From Hemiscyllium ocellatum (lineage: Eukaryota), in the NCBI RefSeq assembly GCF_020745735.1, contig NC_083418.1, forward strand, positions 6,111,374-6,175,373: a stretch of DNA of 64,000 bases. Direction: 5' to 3'. A model generated the notes under the pieces. It did no database searches. It saw nothing but the letters and a program-made list of their open reading frames with translations, and was not told the DNA's origin. A program made the translations under genes and the position numbers. Shown here piece by piece: positions 1-10,770 of this stretch; the stretch's first letter is position 1; every line of letters begins with the position of its first letter.

Positions 1-1149
1 AGAGCAAAATAAAAGAGCATGCTGGAGCAAATGTATTGTAAAGAGCTGGTGGACAAAAGCCAGAGTCAACAGAAAGCTGAACAATAAAAGTGCAACCGGA
101 AGAAGGAATGGGCATGCACACAAAAAAATCTTCACTCCAAGTAACCAAGAAACGGCAGTTAATTGAATGTGTTCGCATTGCGTGAACAGGACACACAGAT
201 AAACAAATGACCTCGAGGAAGTGATCACTTTTCAGTGCAGGCTGGAATGGCATAAGCAACCACGAGGTTCTCCGTTGTTCCTAAATGAAATCTTTGTTAA
301 AAAACATGGAAAAATGTTGAAAATAAAGGTCATTTTTAAAAATATAGTGTGTTATATAAAATTGGGTCAGATGTGTCAGATGAAATCTTCAATATTTCAA
401 TGAAAAGATTAAGTGATTTTCATTAACTTCTGCGAGCTCAGTTGGAACGGAGTCTGGATGATCGCTGTTTCAATTGTGGCCTCATAATGAAAGATGTGAC
501 AAATTCAAAAACACATATACACCATAATGATGAATTGTTTCCTTCTGCAAAATAGCAGAAATCTTGCCTGAACTTTCTCCTGAAATATCTGCTGCCTGTA
601 AGGATCTGCGTTTGGATTTACCTTTTGCCAAATGGTTTGCGGATGGGAATTTTCAGGGATGTGAACAGCTGTGTTTTGTTGTGATATTATTTCAGTTGGG
701 TTCTCAAATAGTAAGGTTATTCTTAATTCTGTCATCTTTTGTTCGTGTTTCCACGTAAAGTTTTAATAAAATCTGTTTTACTTTTCATGCCAACTGGTTC
801 GGTAGGCTGCATTATTCCTGCCATGTCCATTTCACATCTGCCTTTCAAGAAACATGCTATTGGGGATACCTTCTTAATACGTTGCGAGGGGTTTGGTCTA
901 TTCCATAACAGGGACAGTCTTGTGTCACTGAGCTCTCTCCACTTATGACAAAGTCGCTCTGATTTTCCAGTTCCTTCGCCAATTTAAAAATTTTTTTTAA
1001 GTAAGTCATTGTTTGCTCACCTAATATCACATTAACTCTATTTGTCACAATAAATTCATTTAAGGTATGCTTATAATCGTACAATTTCACATCATAGAAA
1101 CATACCCTTCTGTCTGTACTCGCCCTTGCCAACTAGATACTCGAAATTA

Positions 1150-1440
1150 ATTTAGACGCTTCTGCCCACACTGGCCCCTAACGATCAAATAAATTTTAAA
1201 ATATACACCAATGGAAATACTTTCCAACTGTTGTAATGATACCAGCCCATTTGATAGCTCATTCCAAATATGTATCACCCTCTGTGAGAAAAGGTTACCC
1301 CTCACGTCCCTTTTACATCTTGCCCTTCTCACTTTAATACAATGGCCTCGTACTTTGGACTCTCCTAACCTGGGAAAAAAGACTTTACCTAATTTACCCG
1401 ATCCATGCTCCTCATGAGTTTATAAATCTCCTTCCATGTG
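1150..1440 (-). mobile_element. CR1-type LINE, old 3' fragment
   Basis: Minus ORF 1147-1332 contains DVRGNLFSQRVIHIWNEL, matching the CR1 ORF2 C-terminal motif seen in the younger copy at 1908-2555 (DVRGRFFTQRVVSSWNAL). Ends approximate. Confidence 0.75.
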
Positions 1441-1606
1441 TGACTAAAAATCACCAAGTCATCGATGTGAAACAAAAAATTGCATAATCCAGAAATAAAT
1501 TCATTGGTTAGCCTTTGAAATGTGACTGGCTCATTCTTCACACAAGTAGCATAACTTTCCAGTCGATTCGGTGTAATGAAAGCTAAAATTGTTTTCACTC
1601 TTTCAG

Positions 1607-1633
1607 ATAAACTTAAATGTCAGTGTCCGCCAA
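1607..1633 (+). other. Candidate 27-nt micro-exon (phase 1: (D)KLKCQCPP)
   Basis: Acceptor ttgttttcactctttcAG ends at 1606 and donor GTAAGT starts at 1634; length is divisible by 3. No partner exon identified. Confidence 0.3.
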
Positions 1634-1821
1634 GTAAGTCAAACGTAGAAACATAGGTTGCTTGTGCCATCTTTTCAATAGTCTTCTGAACGAGGGACAA
1701 TCTTTTTTGGACTTAAGGAAGATCCATAGTGATATTTTGTAAATGTTTGGAGCTGGGATTGTTTTCAATTTTGACCCAGGCATTGGCGTATTTTCCCTAT
1801 GGTGGGGGATTTCAACAATAG

Positions 1822-3600
1822 GGAACATAGAACATAGAACATAGAAAAATACAGCGCAGTACAGGCCCTTCGGCCCTCAATGTTGCGCCGACCGAATCCT
1901 ACCTAACCTACACTAGCCCAATAACTTCCAAATGCCTATCCAATGCCCGCTTAAATGACCATAATGAGGGAGAGTTCACCACTGCTCCTGGCAGGGCATT
2001 CCATGAACTCACAACCCGCTGTGTAAAGAATCTACCCCTAACATCTGTCCTATACCTACCACCCCTTAATTTAAAGCTGTGTCCCCTAGTAACAGCTGAC
2101 TCCATACGCGGAAAAAGGTTCTCACTGTCAACCCTATCTAAACCCCTAATCATCTTGTACACCTCTATCAAATCTCCCCTAAACCTTCTTTTCTCCAATG
2201 AGAACAGCCCCAAGTGCCTCAGTCTTTCCTCATACGATTTTCCTACCATACCAGGCAACATCCTGGTAAACCTCCTCTGCACTCGTTCCAATGCCTCCAC
2301 ATCCTTCCTATAGCATGGCGACCAAAACTGCACACAATACTCCAGATGAGGCCGCACCAGAGTCTTATACAACTGCAACATGACCTCAGGACTCCGGAAC
2401 TCAATTCCTCTGCCAATAAAGCCCAGTACACCATATGCCTTCCTCACAGCACTATTTACCTGGGTGGCAACTTTCAGAGATCTGTGTACATGGACACCAA
2501 GATCCCTCTGCTCATCCACACTACCAAGTAGCCTACCATTAGCCCAGTAATCCATCTTCTTGTTACTCCTACCAAAGTGAATGTGTCACACTTCGCTACA
2601 TTGAACTCCACTTGCCACCTTTCTGCCCAGCTTTGCAACTTGTCTATATCCCGCTGTAACCTGCCACATCCTTCCTCACTATCCACAACTCCACCGACTT
2701 TTGTGTCATCCGCAAACTTACTCACCCAGCTTTCAAGCCCCTCCTCTAGATCATTTATAAAGATAACAAAAAGCAATGGTCCCAAAATAGATCCTTGAGG
2801 TACACCGCTAGTAACTGCACTCCAAGATGAACATAGTCCATTAACTACTACCCTCTGTCTCCTTCCAGCCAGCCAATTCCTAATCCAAACCTCTAATGCA
2901 CCCTCAATCCCATACCTCCGTAGTTTTTGCATTAGCCTACCATGGGGTACCTTATCGAACGCCTTACTAAAATCCATATACACAACATCTACTGCTTTAC
3001 CCTCGTCCACCTCCTTAGTCACCTGCTCAAAGAACTCAAAGGTTTGTGAGGCACGACCTGCCCTTCACAAAACCATGCTGACTATCCTTGATCACGTTAT
3101 TCCTATCCAGATGTTCATAAATCTTATCCCTTATAATTCTCTCTAAGACTTTGCCCACCACAGAAGTCAGACTCACTGGCCTATAGTTACTCGGGCTATC
3201 CCTACTCCCCTTCTTGAACAAGGGGACCACATTCGCCATCCTCCAGTCTTCTGGTACCATTCCCGTTGACAATGACAACATAAAAATCCAGGCCAATGGC
3301 TCTGCTATCTCCTCCCTAGCTTCCCAGAGGATCCTAGGATAAATGCCATCAGGCCCAGGAGACTTATCTATTTTCATCCTTTCCAGTATTCCCAAAACCT
3401 CTTCCCTACATACTTCAATGCCATCCATTCTAATCACTTATGACTCAATATTCACACCAGCAACTGTGTTCTGTTCCTGAGTGAATACTGACGAAAAGTA
3501 TTGATTTAGTGTCTCTCCAATCTCCACCGCCTCCACGCACAACCTCCCACTACTATCCTTGACAGGACCGATACCTACCCTAGTCATCCTTTTATTCCTT
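1822..3600 (-). mobile_element. 5'-truncated CR1 LINE (ORF2 RT, two frame disruptions) with (ATAGAAC)n tail
   Basis: Three consecutive ORF pieces (3036-3437, 2474-3022, 1908-2555) carry [39 protein letters not shown] and KFADD. Tandem tail aacatagaacatagaacatag at about 1824-1845. Confidence 0.95.
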
Positions 3601-3614
3601 TTTTTTACAATGAG

Positions 3615-3870
3615 AGGAGAAAATTTTTTAAAAAGATATCAGAGACAACTTTTTATACAGAGAATGGTTTGTGTGTGGGATGATCTGGTGGTGGATACTC
3701 ACAACCTATATAAGACATTTGGATAAGTAAATGAATATCAAATATTTGGAAGGATATGGGCCAAGTACACACAGGCGGGATTAGTTTAGTTTGGGATTAT
3801 GACTGGCATGGACTGGTTGGACTGAAGTGTCTGTTTCCATGCTGTATCACTCCATGACTCTATGACTATT
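3615..3870 (+). mobile_element. Old CR1 3'-end fragment
   Basis: ttttatacagagaatggt...ggatatgggcc...ctgtttccatgctgta...ctctatgact resembles CR1 3' UTR/tail seen elsewhere in the window. Mirror copy at about 31622-31877. Confidence 0.6.
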
Positions 3871-5075
3871 TATCAATTTTTCTTAATATTAAACAGTGCT
3901 ATAGTGATCCTCGAATGAACTGTTGATGTTTCGGGTTGTGTCTGAGACACTGCGAATATTTCCTTCAATGAGAGGAGTGACTAGTTCTCCAAGTTTCACA
4001 ACTGAAAAATAAACTTTTCTCCAGTATTGTTGCTGAGTAGATTTGTTTCTGCAGAGGCAGTGGTTATGTTTTGCAGTTTGCTTTCCACCAACTGGTCAAC
4101 AGTGAGACAAAGTATCTTTGATCCACTGCAGAAACTCCACCTGCTTCCAGTAAATGAAACTGGAAACTCAAGGACCTTTTCTGCAGTCAGCTTAATTGTT
4201 GCTAACTATTGTATCTGGCCAATTAAAGGGAAAATGAATCAAAGTAAAATCCTACCAAACAAACTATATTTTCCCTTTTACTCACAATGGATACATTTCA
4301 CTTGGCATTTCTTCTTTAAAAAGGAAAGTCAGTGAATACAGCATTCATTGTATGACAATCAGAAACAGGACATTGAATGCAGTGACATTCTGGTTAGTTC
4401 AGCCTGTTTATTGAGTATCTTTAAAGTTCCTGAATATGAAGTTAATGGATCCAAAATTCCACATTGCAGTAACATCTGTTATCATCTCAAAGTAAATTAA
4501 CAAAGTTGAATTGGTTCAAACTCACATCACTTGTTGCTAGTGATCAATGCTAATCACCATTCTCTGATTCATGTATCTCATTAAAACTGAGTGGGCCCTT
4601 TATACACTGGTGTCGTGTAACAACAAATTTCTGTTTATTTTTATGAGTTAACTGCCCCTGTCAGAGCTATCAGTGAGCAGAGAAATGTACTGTTTATAAC
4701 CTACATGCGTGGTAATGATTATTGTAATACTCTCTAATTTAACCAAACACTCCTGATGTACTCAGACAGTTACCTGCAATGGTTTAGATGTTGAGGATTT
4801 AAAAAAAAACGTATGGACTGTCTTGTTCTAGTTTATTAGATGCTTTTTCAAAAGTTTACCTAGGTGTCATGTATCACTGCCAACTCACTTTTTGTTTCTC
4901 AGGCACATAGCTTTCCTTTACTATACATTTTAGGGTTGGAGCAATTTGGAAAAAAAAAGATGCAAGAAGAGACATTCTGCAATGTAAGGAGGTGCTTCTA
5001 ATCTCCAGGCCCAAACTGTTTAGTGACACACTCACATTCTGAACATAATCACTTTAGACATGCTCCATATTAGGG

Positions 5076-5495
5076 GTTGCCTAAATTGAATTTAGAAACT
5101 CAGATTAGAAATGGTATGTTATTTTATAAGGAGAAAGAGACTTTGAGTGACAGCAAAAATAAAGTCACTAACTATGTTGGTTAATGATATTATTGAAGTT
5201 CTTTTTAGCTTTATCTGCTTGTGGTGAAATGTAGAATTAAAGGGAGTTAACTTCTAATTGAATATTCTAAATTTAACCATTTTGGACACGCTCTGTATTC
5301 AGTTGCCTAAATTGAATTTTGAAATGTTTAGTATGAATTACATGTTATTTTGTAGTGGGACAGACTTGTAGTGTCCAGGGGGAGAAACAAAGCTCAATTG
5401 TTTTACTAGCTAGTAATATGTTTGAACTTTGATTTTAGTTTTATCTGCTTGTAAGTGAATGTAGAAATAAATGGAGCTAACATCAGATTGAATTT
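5076..5495. repeat. Diverged local tandem duplication (about 225-bp period) upstream of VH
   Basis: gttgcctaaattgaattt at about 5076 and 5302; tttatctgcttgt...atgtagaa recurs at the same spacing. Mirror at about 29997-30416. Confidence 0.7.
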
Positions 5496-5762
5496 GTTTT
5501 TTAAAAACAAAATACTTGCAACTATCATGTGAAACAGACCTGAAGCTACTCAATTTTACTTGCACCATTTAAAAAACATACTCCCAAAGAAGTTATTCAG
5601 CAAAATAAATACCCCAAGATGTGTAAATATCCATGTTTAAGCGAAACCTCATAAATACATGAGCCCATGTTTTCGGGCTGTGAGCTGATACCAGGATCCA
5701 GTCTCAGCCTCCAGCAGGAAACCAACAAGCAGAAGCTGTAAGCTTGCCCTTTCCAATGGCCA

Positions 5763-5768
5763 TATAAA
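5763..5768 (+). promoter_or_regulatory. Putative TATA box of VH promoter
   Basis: TATAAA about 90 nt upstream of the leader ATG at 5856. Mirror at 29724-29729. Confidence 0.5.
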
Positions 5769-5855
5769 TCCTAGACACTGGACCGTGATTCAACACTCCT
5801 GGATCGGCTTTGTTTAGAAAAACCTTGACAGAACCGCTTCCCAGAAGTTATCCGA

Positions 5856-6335
5856 ATGATTGTGTCGACAATTTTTCTCATTTTATTACTGACTTTCTTA
5901 TCATGTGAGTGTTTTTTGTTCAAGTCTGTCTTTGTCACTGTCTCAATGTTAGTCTACCGCAGGAATGTAAAAGACTCAGGCATCATTTCATCTGCATTAA
6001 TGCTCATGATTTATTTGTTTTCTTTTTTAAAGGTGTCCAGTCGAAGATTGTTTTGACTCAGCCAGAGGCAGACTGGCCATCCCGCAGGCAGCCTGGAACT
6101 GACCTGTAAAACCAGCGGGTTCAATCTTGGCAGCTACTACATGAGCTGGGTCCGCCAGGTTCCCGGACAGGCCCCGGAGTGGCTGTTTTGGTAAAATACT
6201 CCAAACAGCAATTACTATGCACCAGCGATTAAGGGTCGATTTACTGCGTCCAAAGACACTTCAAACAACATTTTCGCGTTGGACGTGAATAACCTGAAGA
6301 TCGAAGACACCGCCATCTATTATTGTGCAAGATAC
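5856..6335 (+). pseudogene. IGHV: Ig heavy-chain V pseudogene (shark IgM-type VH): leader exon 5856-5904, intron 5905-6032, V exon 6033-6335
   Basis: Leader MIVSTIFLILLLTFLS/C-VQS with GT..AG intron. After repairing a 2-nt loss near 6071-6073 the exon reads KIVLTQPEA-(E)[86 protein letters not shown]; TAA at 6192-6194. Confidence 0.95.
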
Positions 6336-6374
6336 CATGGCGAGAGGAACCAGGGCTGGACCCGTTCAAAAACA
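6336..6374 (+). promoter_or_regulatory. VH 23-RSS with defective heptamer
   Basis: CATGGCG (6336-6342), 23-nt spacer, TCAAAAACA (6366-6374). The essential CAC is changed to CAT. Confidence 0.85.
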
Positions 6375-6755
6375 GCTAGAGGGAACATTTTGTCAATTCC
6401 ATCATAAACTGACGGTCAGTTTGAGTTTTAAATGCAATTATACCAACTGAAGCAGACCTCAGGCTGCCTCTGACAAAGCTATCAAAGAGGAAATGTATCA
6501 TTTAAACTAGCAAACTGGTGACACAATGGGACAATGTTTTGGACATGTCATATGTACTGCTAACACTTGCATCAATTAAATGCTCGAACAAAATGTTAAT
6601 TTTAATATATCTGACAGCTCAGGAAATCACTGCTAATTGTTATGTCAACTATGGCATTCATTCTAAACATGATCAGTACTAAATGGCTCTTTCAAATGAC
6701 AATTGAGACCTTGAGTAAAGAACAGAGAATGAGTGTATTGGTCTACATCATTGTG

Positions 6756-6769
6756 ATACTACAGTGGGT
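6756..6769 (+). other. IGHD: IgH D1 segment ATACTACAGTGGGT
   Basis: 5' heptamer CATTGTG 6749-6755 with 12-nt spacer and a poor nonamer; 3' CACAGTG 6770-6776, 22-nt spacer, ACAATAATC 6799-6807. Confidence 0.9.
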
Positions 6770-7138
6770 CACAGTGTGGTGCATAGCGACATCCTCATAC
6801 AATAATCACTGACAAGGATTTATCTCAAATTGGTGATTTCTACCGTGGCAGGAGCGTGAAATAATGTGAGATGCAATTTAAACGCAATCCCGTCGTGGTA
6901 GTTTGTACAAATGAATAATTTCTTTCGACCTTCTTCGTGTTGATTGTCAAGTTAAATGCAGACCAAACCTGGAAAAGTATTCCAAGCTTTCAAAATTCAA
7001 TGAATAACAAAAGCTGAAATAATGCACCAAATCATTTTTAGAGGAGTCTGAATCACTGCTTTCTAGGAAGTGAAGAAATTATCTGCATTTTACAGTTTAC
7101 AGACTGTCATAGTATTTGATACAACGTGTCTCACAGTG

Positions 7139-7153
7139 ATATAACTGGGGTGA
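7139..7153 (+). other. IGHD: IgH D2 segment ATATAACTGGGGTGA
   Basis: 5' AGTATTTGA (7111-7119), 12 nt, CACAGTG (7132-7138); 3' CACTGCA (7154-7160), 12 nt, GCAAAAACC (7173-7181). Confidence 0.9.
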
Positions 7154-7547
7154 CACTGCAATTATGATCAATGCAAAAACCTTTTCAGCCTCCATTGTTT
7201 GAAACTAGTCAGTGATTACTTCTACAAGCCGTCTTAACTTGCAGTGCAGTATTAGTTCTGTGGGGTTTTATGCCAGTATCACTATTTAATTTGGAAAAGT
7301 GTTGGGTAATTATTGATACACCAGTTGGGAATTTTGAGAATCAGCCCATGTGTTACTCTGTGAAGTATAAAACAGTATTAAAATTTATCAAGAATTATCA
7401 GAATTCACTAGCACAATTATGTGATGAAGATTTATCGTGACTTTAGTTTGTCTGTGGTTCTGAACATTGAAAATGATGGTAGATTTTTGATTTGTTTTAT
7501 GCAGAGCTAGTTATTGTCTGACACAGTCCTGAGAATGTAACACTGTG

Positions 7548-7595
7548 ACTATCTTGATTACTGGGGCCAAGGGACCATGGTGACAGTGACTTCAG
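7548..7595 (+). other. IGHJ: IgH J segment YLDYWGQGTMVTVTS
   Basis: AGTTATTGT (7509-7517), 23 nt, CACTGTG (7541-7547); WGQG motif; donor GTAAG at 7596. Confidence 0.97.
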
Positions 7596-8099
7596 GTAAG
7601 AACTTTGAACTTTCTTAGTGACTTTTTAAAAACTTTCTATTCACGTGACTAATTTCTGAATTAAATGAAACTCAGATTCTGTGCTGAGTTTGGTTTGGTT
7701 CGGATTGATTTTTGTTCAGACTGATTATAGACGTCAATTAAGGTTCAACAAATAGTTAAAATGGTGATGATGGAGTCAGTTGCTCGGTGTATCTCTTTTT
7801 TTGATCAGATGGGCATTCTATGTGGCTGAGTTACTTGAAAACCTAATGTCTCTTAATCAGCCAGCTATAAATTATGTTTAATGTCAGTGACACACTTACT
7901 GTGAGTTTTATTATCAACAACAAACGCTAAGAATTCAAAGATGCTCAAGATATTACCAAACATGATTAAAACATGCTAAAATATCATTATTCATTTCTTG
8001 AAGATATGTTCTTACCATGATTATATTTTCTCATTTATTTTGTTCATTTTGTTGATGACAAGCAGGTTAGAAACTGTCATAAATGTTTCTTGCGGTGCT

Positions 8100-8410
8100 A
8101 TATTGCATTCTGTTGATTAGATTCGGAGTTTGTTTTAATTGATTCTGTTGAATTGAGTTGATTGGATTTTGGCTTTGTTTTAGTTGATTCGATTGAACTG
8201 TGTTGATTGGATTCTGACTTTGTTTTTACATGGTTTTGTTGAATTGTGTTGATTGGTTTTTGAAATTTGTTTTATTTGATTCTGTTGAATTGAATTGGTT
8301 GGATTCTGAGATTATGTCTCATTCAAATCTGTTGTTTTGAGTTGATTGGATTTTGATTTTATTTTCCTTGATTCTGTTGAATTGGGTTGATTGGATTCTT
8401 ATTCAGTTTG
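8100..8410. repeat. Degenerate T/G-rich minisatellite in the J-C intron
   Basis: Recurrent ttgattctgttgaattg and gttgattggatt motifs about every 40-50 nt. Mirror at about 27082-27392. Confidence 0.75.
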
Positions 8411-9988
8411 TGAAATTGATCTGCGTTTTCATGTTTTCTGAATTGGTGTTTTCTTTCTATTGAAGAGATTGACTCTCTGGAATACTTTTCATTACCAATA
8501 TTTGTGAAGTTATTTTGTTTTTCATGAATCATTTCTGCATTTGTTAACCTTATATGACACATTTTTCTCTGCTTGATTGAAAACATTTGTAACGGCCTGA
8601 AAAACAACTTAAGACAGAAACCCGAAAGTGTGAGAAATGAAAAAACGAGTTTTTAATGCATTGACTTTTAAAAGAAACTCAGTTCTAATTGTAAACTAAC
8701 TGAATTTTGTTTTGAGTAGCCTCATTCAAAATAAAATTTGGGACTAAAATCTGAAACTGCAGAATTGATCAGATTACGTAATTGAAACTAACTTAAAATT
8801 ATAATTTAGTAATATTTGTCCATTCATTAATTTTGTTTTGACCATGAAGTGATTAATCAATATATGCCTTCAACGGCTCTACTGTGCACTGCAAAAGATT
8901 GTTATGATCAGGAAGGGTGTGCAGGTTGGAAATAAATTGAACTATTGCCAGAAACGTTACAGCTTTAAATGTTAAGTCCCTTCACAAACAAGGTTGCTGT
9001 TGTGACTTGTTATTTCTATTCAATTTAATCATTAGTTTGCTTGATTCTGAGCAAATTTGTTACACTTCAATTTGTTTTTTTGTGAGGTTACATCATGTCC
9101 TTGGTTCTGTTGAAAATGGTTGCAGAGCTAGTTCTGCTGCAAACACACCGTGTTGCGATCTGGTGATCGTTGATCTGTTGAGAAGGGACTGTGCTTGGGT
9201 AATATTAAATGTGTTATATTTGGGAAACCGTTTCTGGTTTCTACATTGTTTTTGCAATGTTACACGGTTGGTGACAGTGAAATGCTCTTTCCTCATACAA
9301 TGCAATTAGCATGCGAGTTGAAATTTCATAAAGCCTATTATTAAGTGAAAGGCAAATCGCAAAGGTTTTAGAAATGAAGGGAAAACAGATACCTTCAGGC
9401 TCCATTTTTACTTAAAATAAATAATTAAGGATTAATCTAATTTTGCTTTACATTCCAAATTCAACTATCTAGTTCAATCACAAGGTCTGTCTTTAAACAG
9501 TTTACAAGTCATAGAGAAATATAAATAGAATTTCAAAAGTCTAATGTTCTAATAGTTCTTGCTCTTGAGCAAAAATGCCATGGCTGTGCTATAATTGATC
9601 AAGAAACACCTTTCAATTCCGCTGTACACTGCATGCATATTTTTCTGACTGGAAAAGATCATTGGCAAAGACCATTTGGAAATTCTGCTCAATTCTACGA
9701 AGAACAGATCAGTTTCATTGCTTTGATTAGTTTCACCCTTAACTTGAGTTAATTAATTTTTATGTCCCTGATTAAACTGGATTTTCAGAATAAAATAAAA
9801 CATTAACTGAATTATTTAATTTGCACAGTGCTTTAGGTGTTCCCAATCTGTGCATTTTAAATAAATAGTTACATTTTACAACAAAATATCAACTGAAGAG
9901 TTATTCTTCCGCAAATTATTGCTATAGTGAATTATGTGACCAAGGCCAAATTTCAAATTAATTAAAATAATCCACTCATGAACTCGCA

Positions 9989-10330
9989 GGGCAGCATGGT
10001 GGCTCAGTGATTAGCATTGCTGCCTCACAGCGCCAGGGTCCCAAATTTGATTCCACCCTCGGGTGATTGCCTGTGTGGAGTTTGCACAATCTCCCTGTGT
10101 CTGCATGGGTTTCCTTCGGGCGCTCTGGTTTCTTACCACAGTCCAAAAGATGTGCAGGTCAGGTGATTGTGCAATTTAGCACAGCCATAGTGTTCAGGGA
10201 TGTGCAGGTTAGGGTGCATTAGTCGGGGTGGGGTGGGGAATGGGTCTGTGTGGTCTACATATTGTTCAGAGGGTCAGTGTGGAATTATTGGTCCAAATAG
10301 CCTGTTTCCATACTGTAGGAACTCTACTCT
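9989..10330 (+). mobile_element. tRNA-derived SINE (HE1-like, elasmobranch)
   Basis: Head ggcagcatggtggctcagtgattagcattgctgcctcacagcgccaggg followed by the core ctgtgtggagtttgcaca..ctccc.gtgtctgc.tgggtttcc. Confidence 0.85.
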
Positions 10331-10549
10331 TAAAACCATGGGAGTACTTGCTGCAAACGCAGAGAATTCATTTTACATCGATGTGTTCAGACGTATGCAG
10401 AGTTCACAAATTTGCAGAAGCCATGATCTAGAGGATAATAGAGCACATTGTTTATTCAGACACTGAAAATAGAGTAATATTTGCTTAAATTAATATATTT
10501 GGCCAATTTATTGAAATGTAGCGATCGGAGTTAAGTGTGACAATCATTT

Positions 10550-10770
10550 AGATTAGACTTCCTGCAATATGTATCGGGCCATTTGGCCCAACAAGTCCAC
10601 ACTGACCCTTTGAAGAGTAACCCACCCAGACCCATTCCCATACCCTATATTTACCCCTGACTAATGCACCTAACATTATAGACAATTCAGCATGACCAGT
10701 TCACCTGACATGCACATCTTTGGATTGTGGGAGCCGAGCCTGGGTACCTGGAGCTGTGAGGCAGCAGTAC
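10550..10770 (-). mobile_element. HE1-like SINE with internal deletion
   Basis: tagattagactt tail, ggcccaacaagtccacactgaccc body and gctgtgaggcagc head, all in reverse. Confidence 0.75.

Noticed and set aside
432-525. CFNCG zinc-knuckle-like peptide
   Set aside because: Lacks the His and final Cys of CX2CX4HX4C and is followed by stops.
9989-10070. tRNA gene (also about 37260-37330)
   Set aside because: A/B-box-like heads continue into SINE body and tail with no cloverleaf; called as SINEs.
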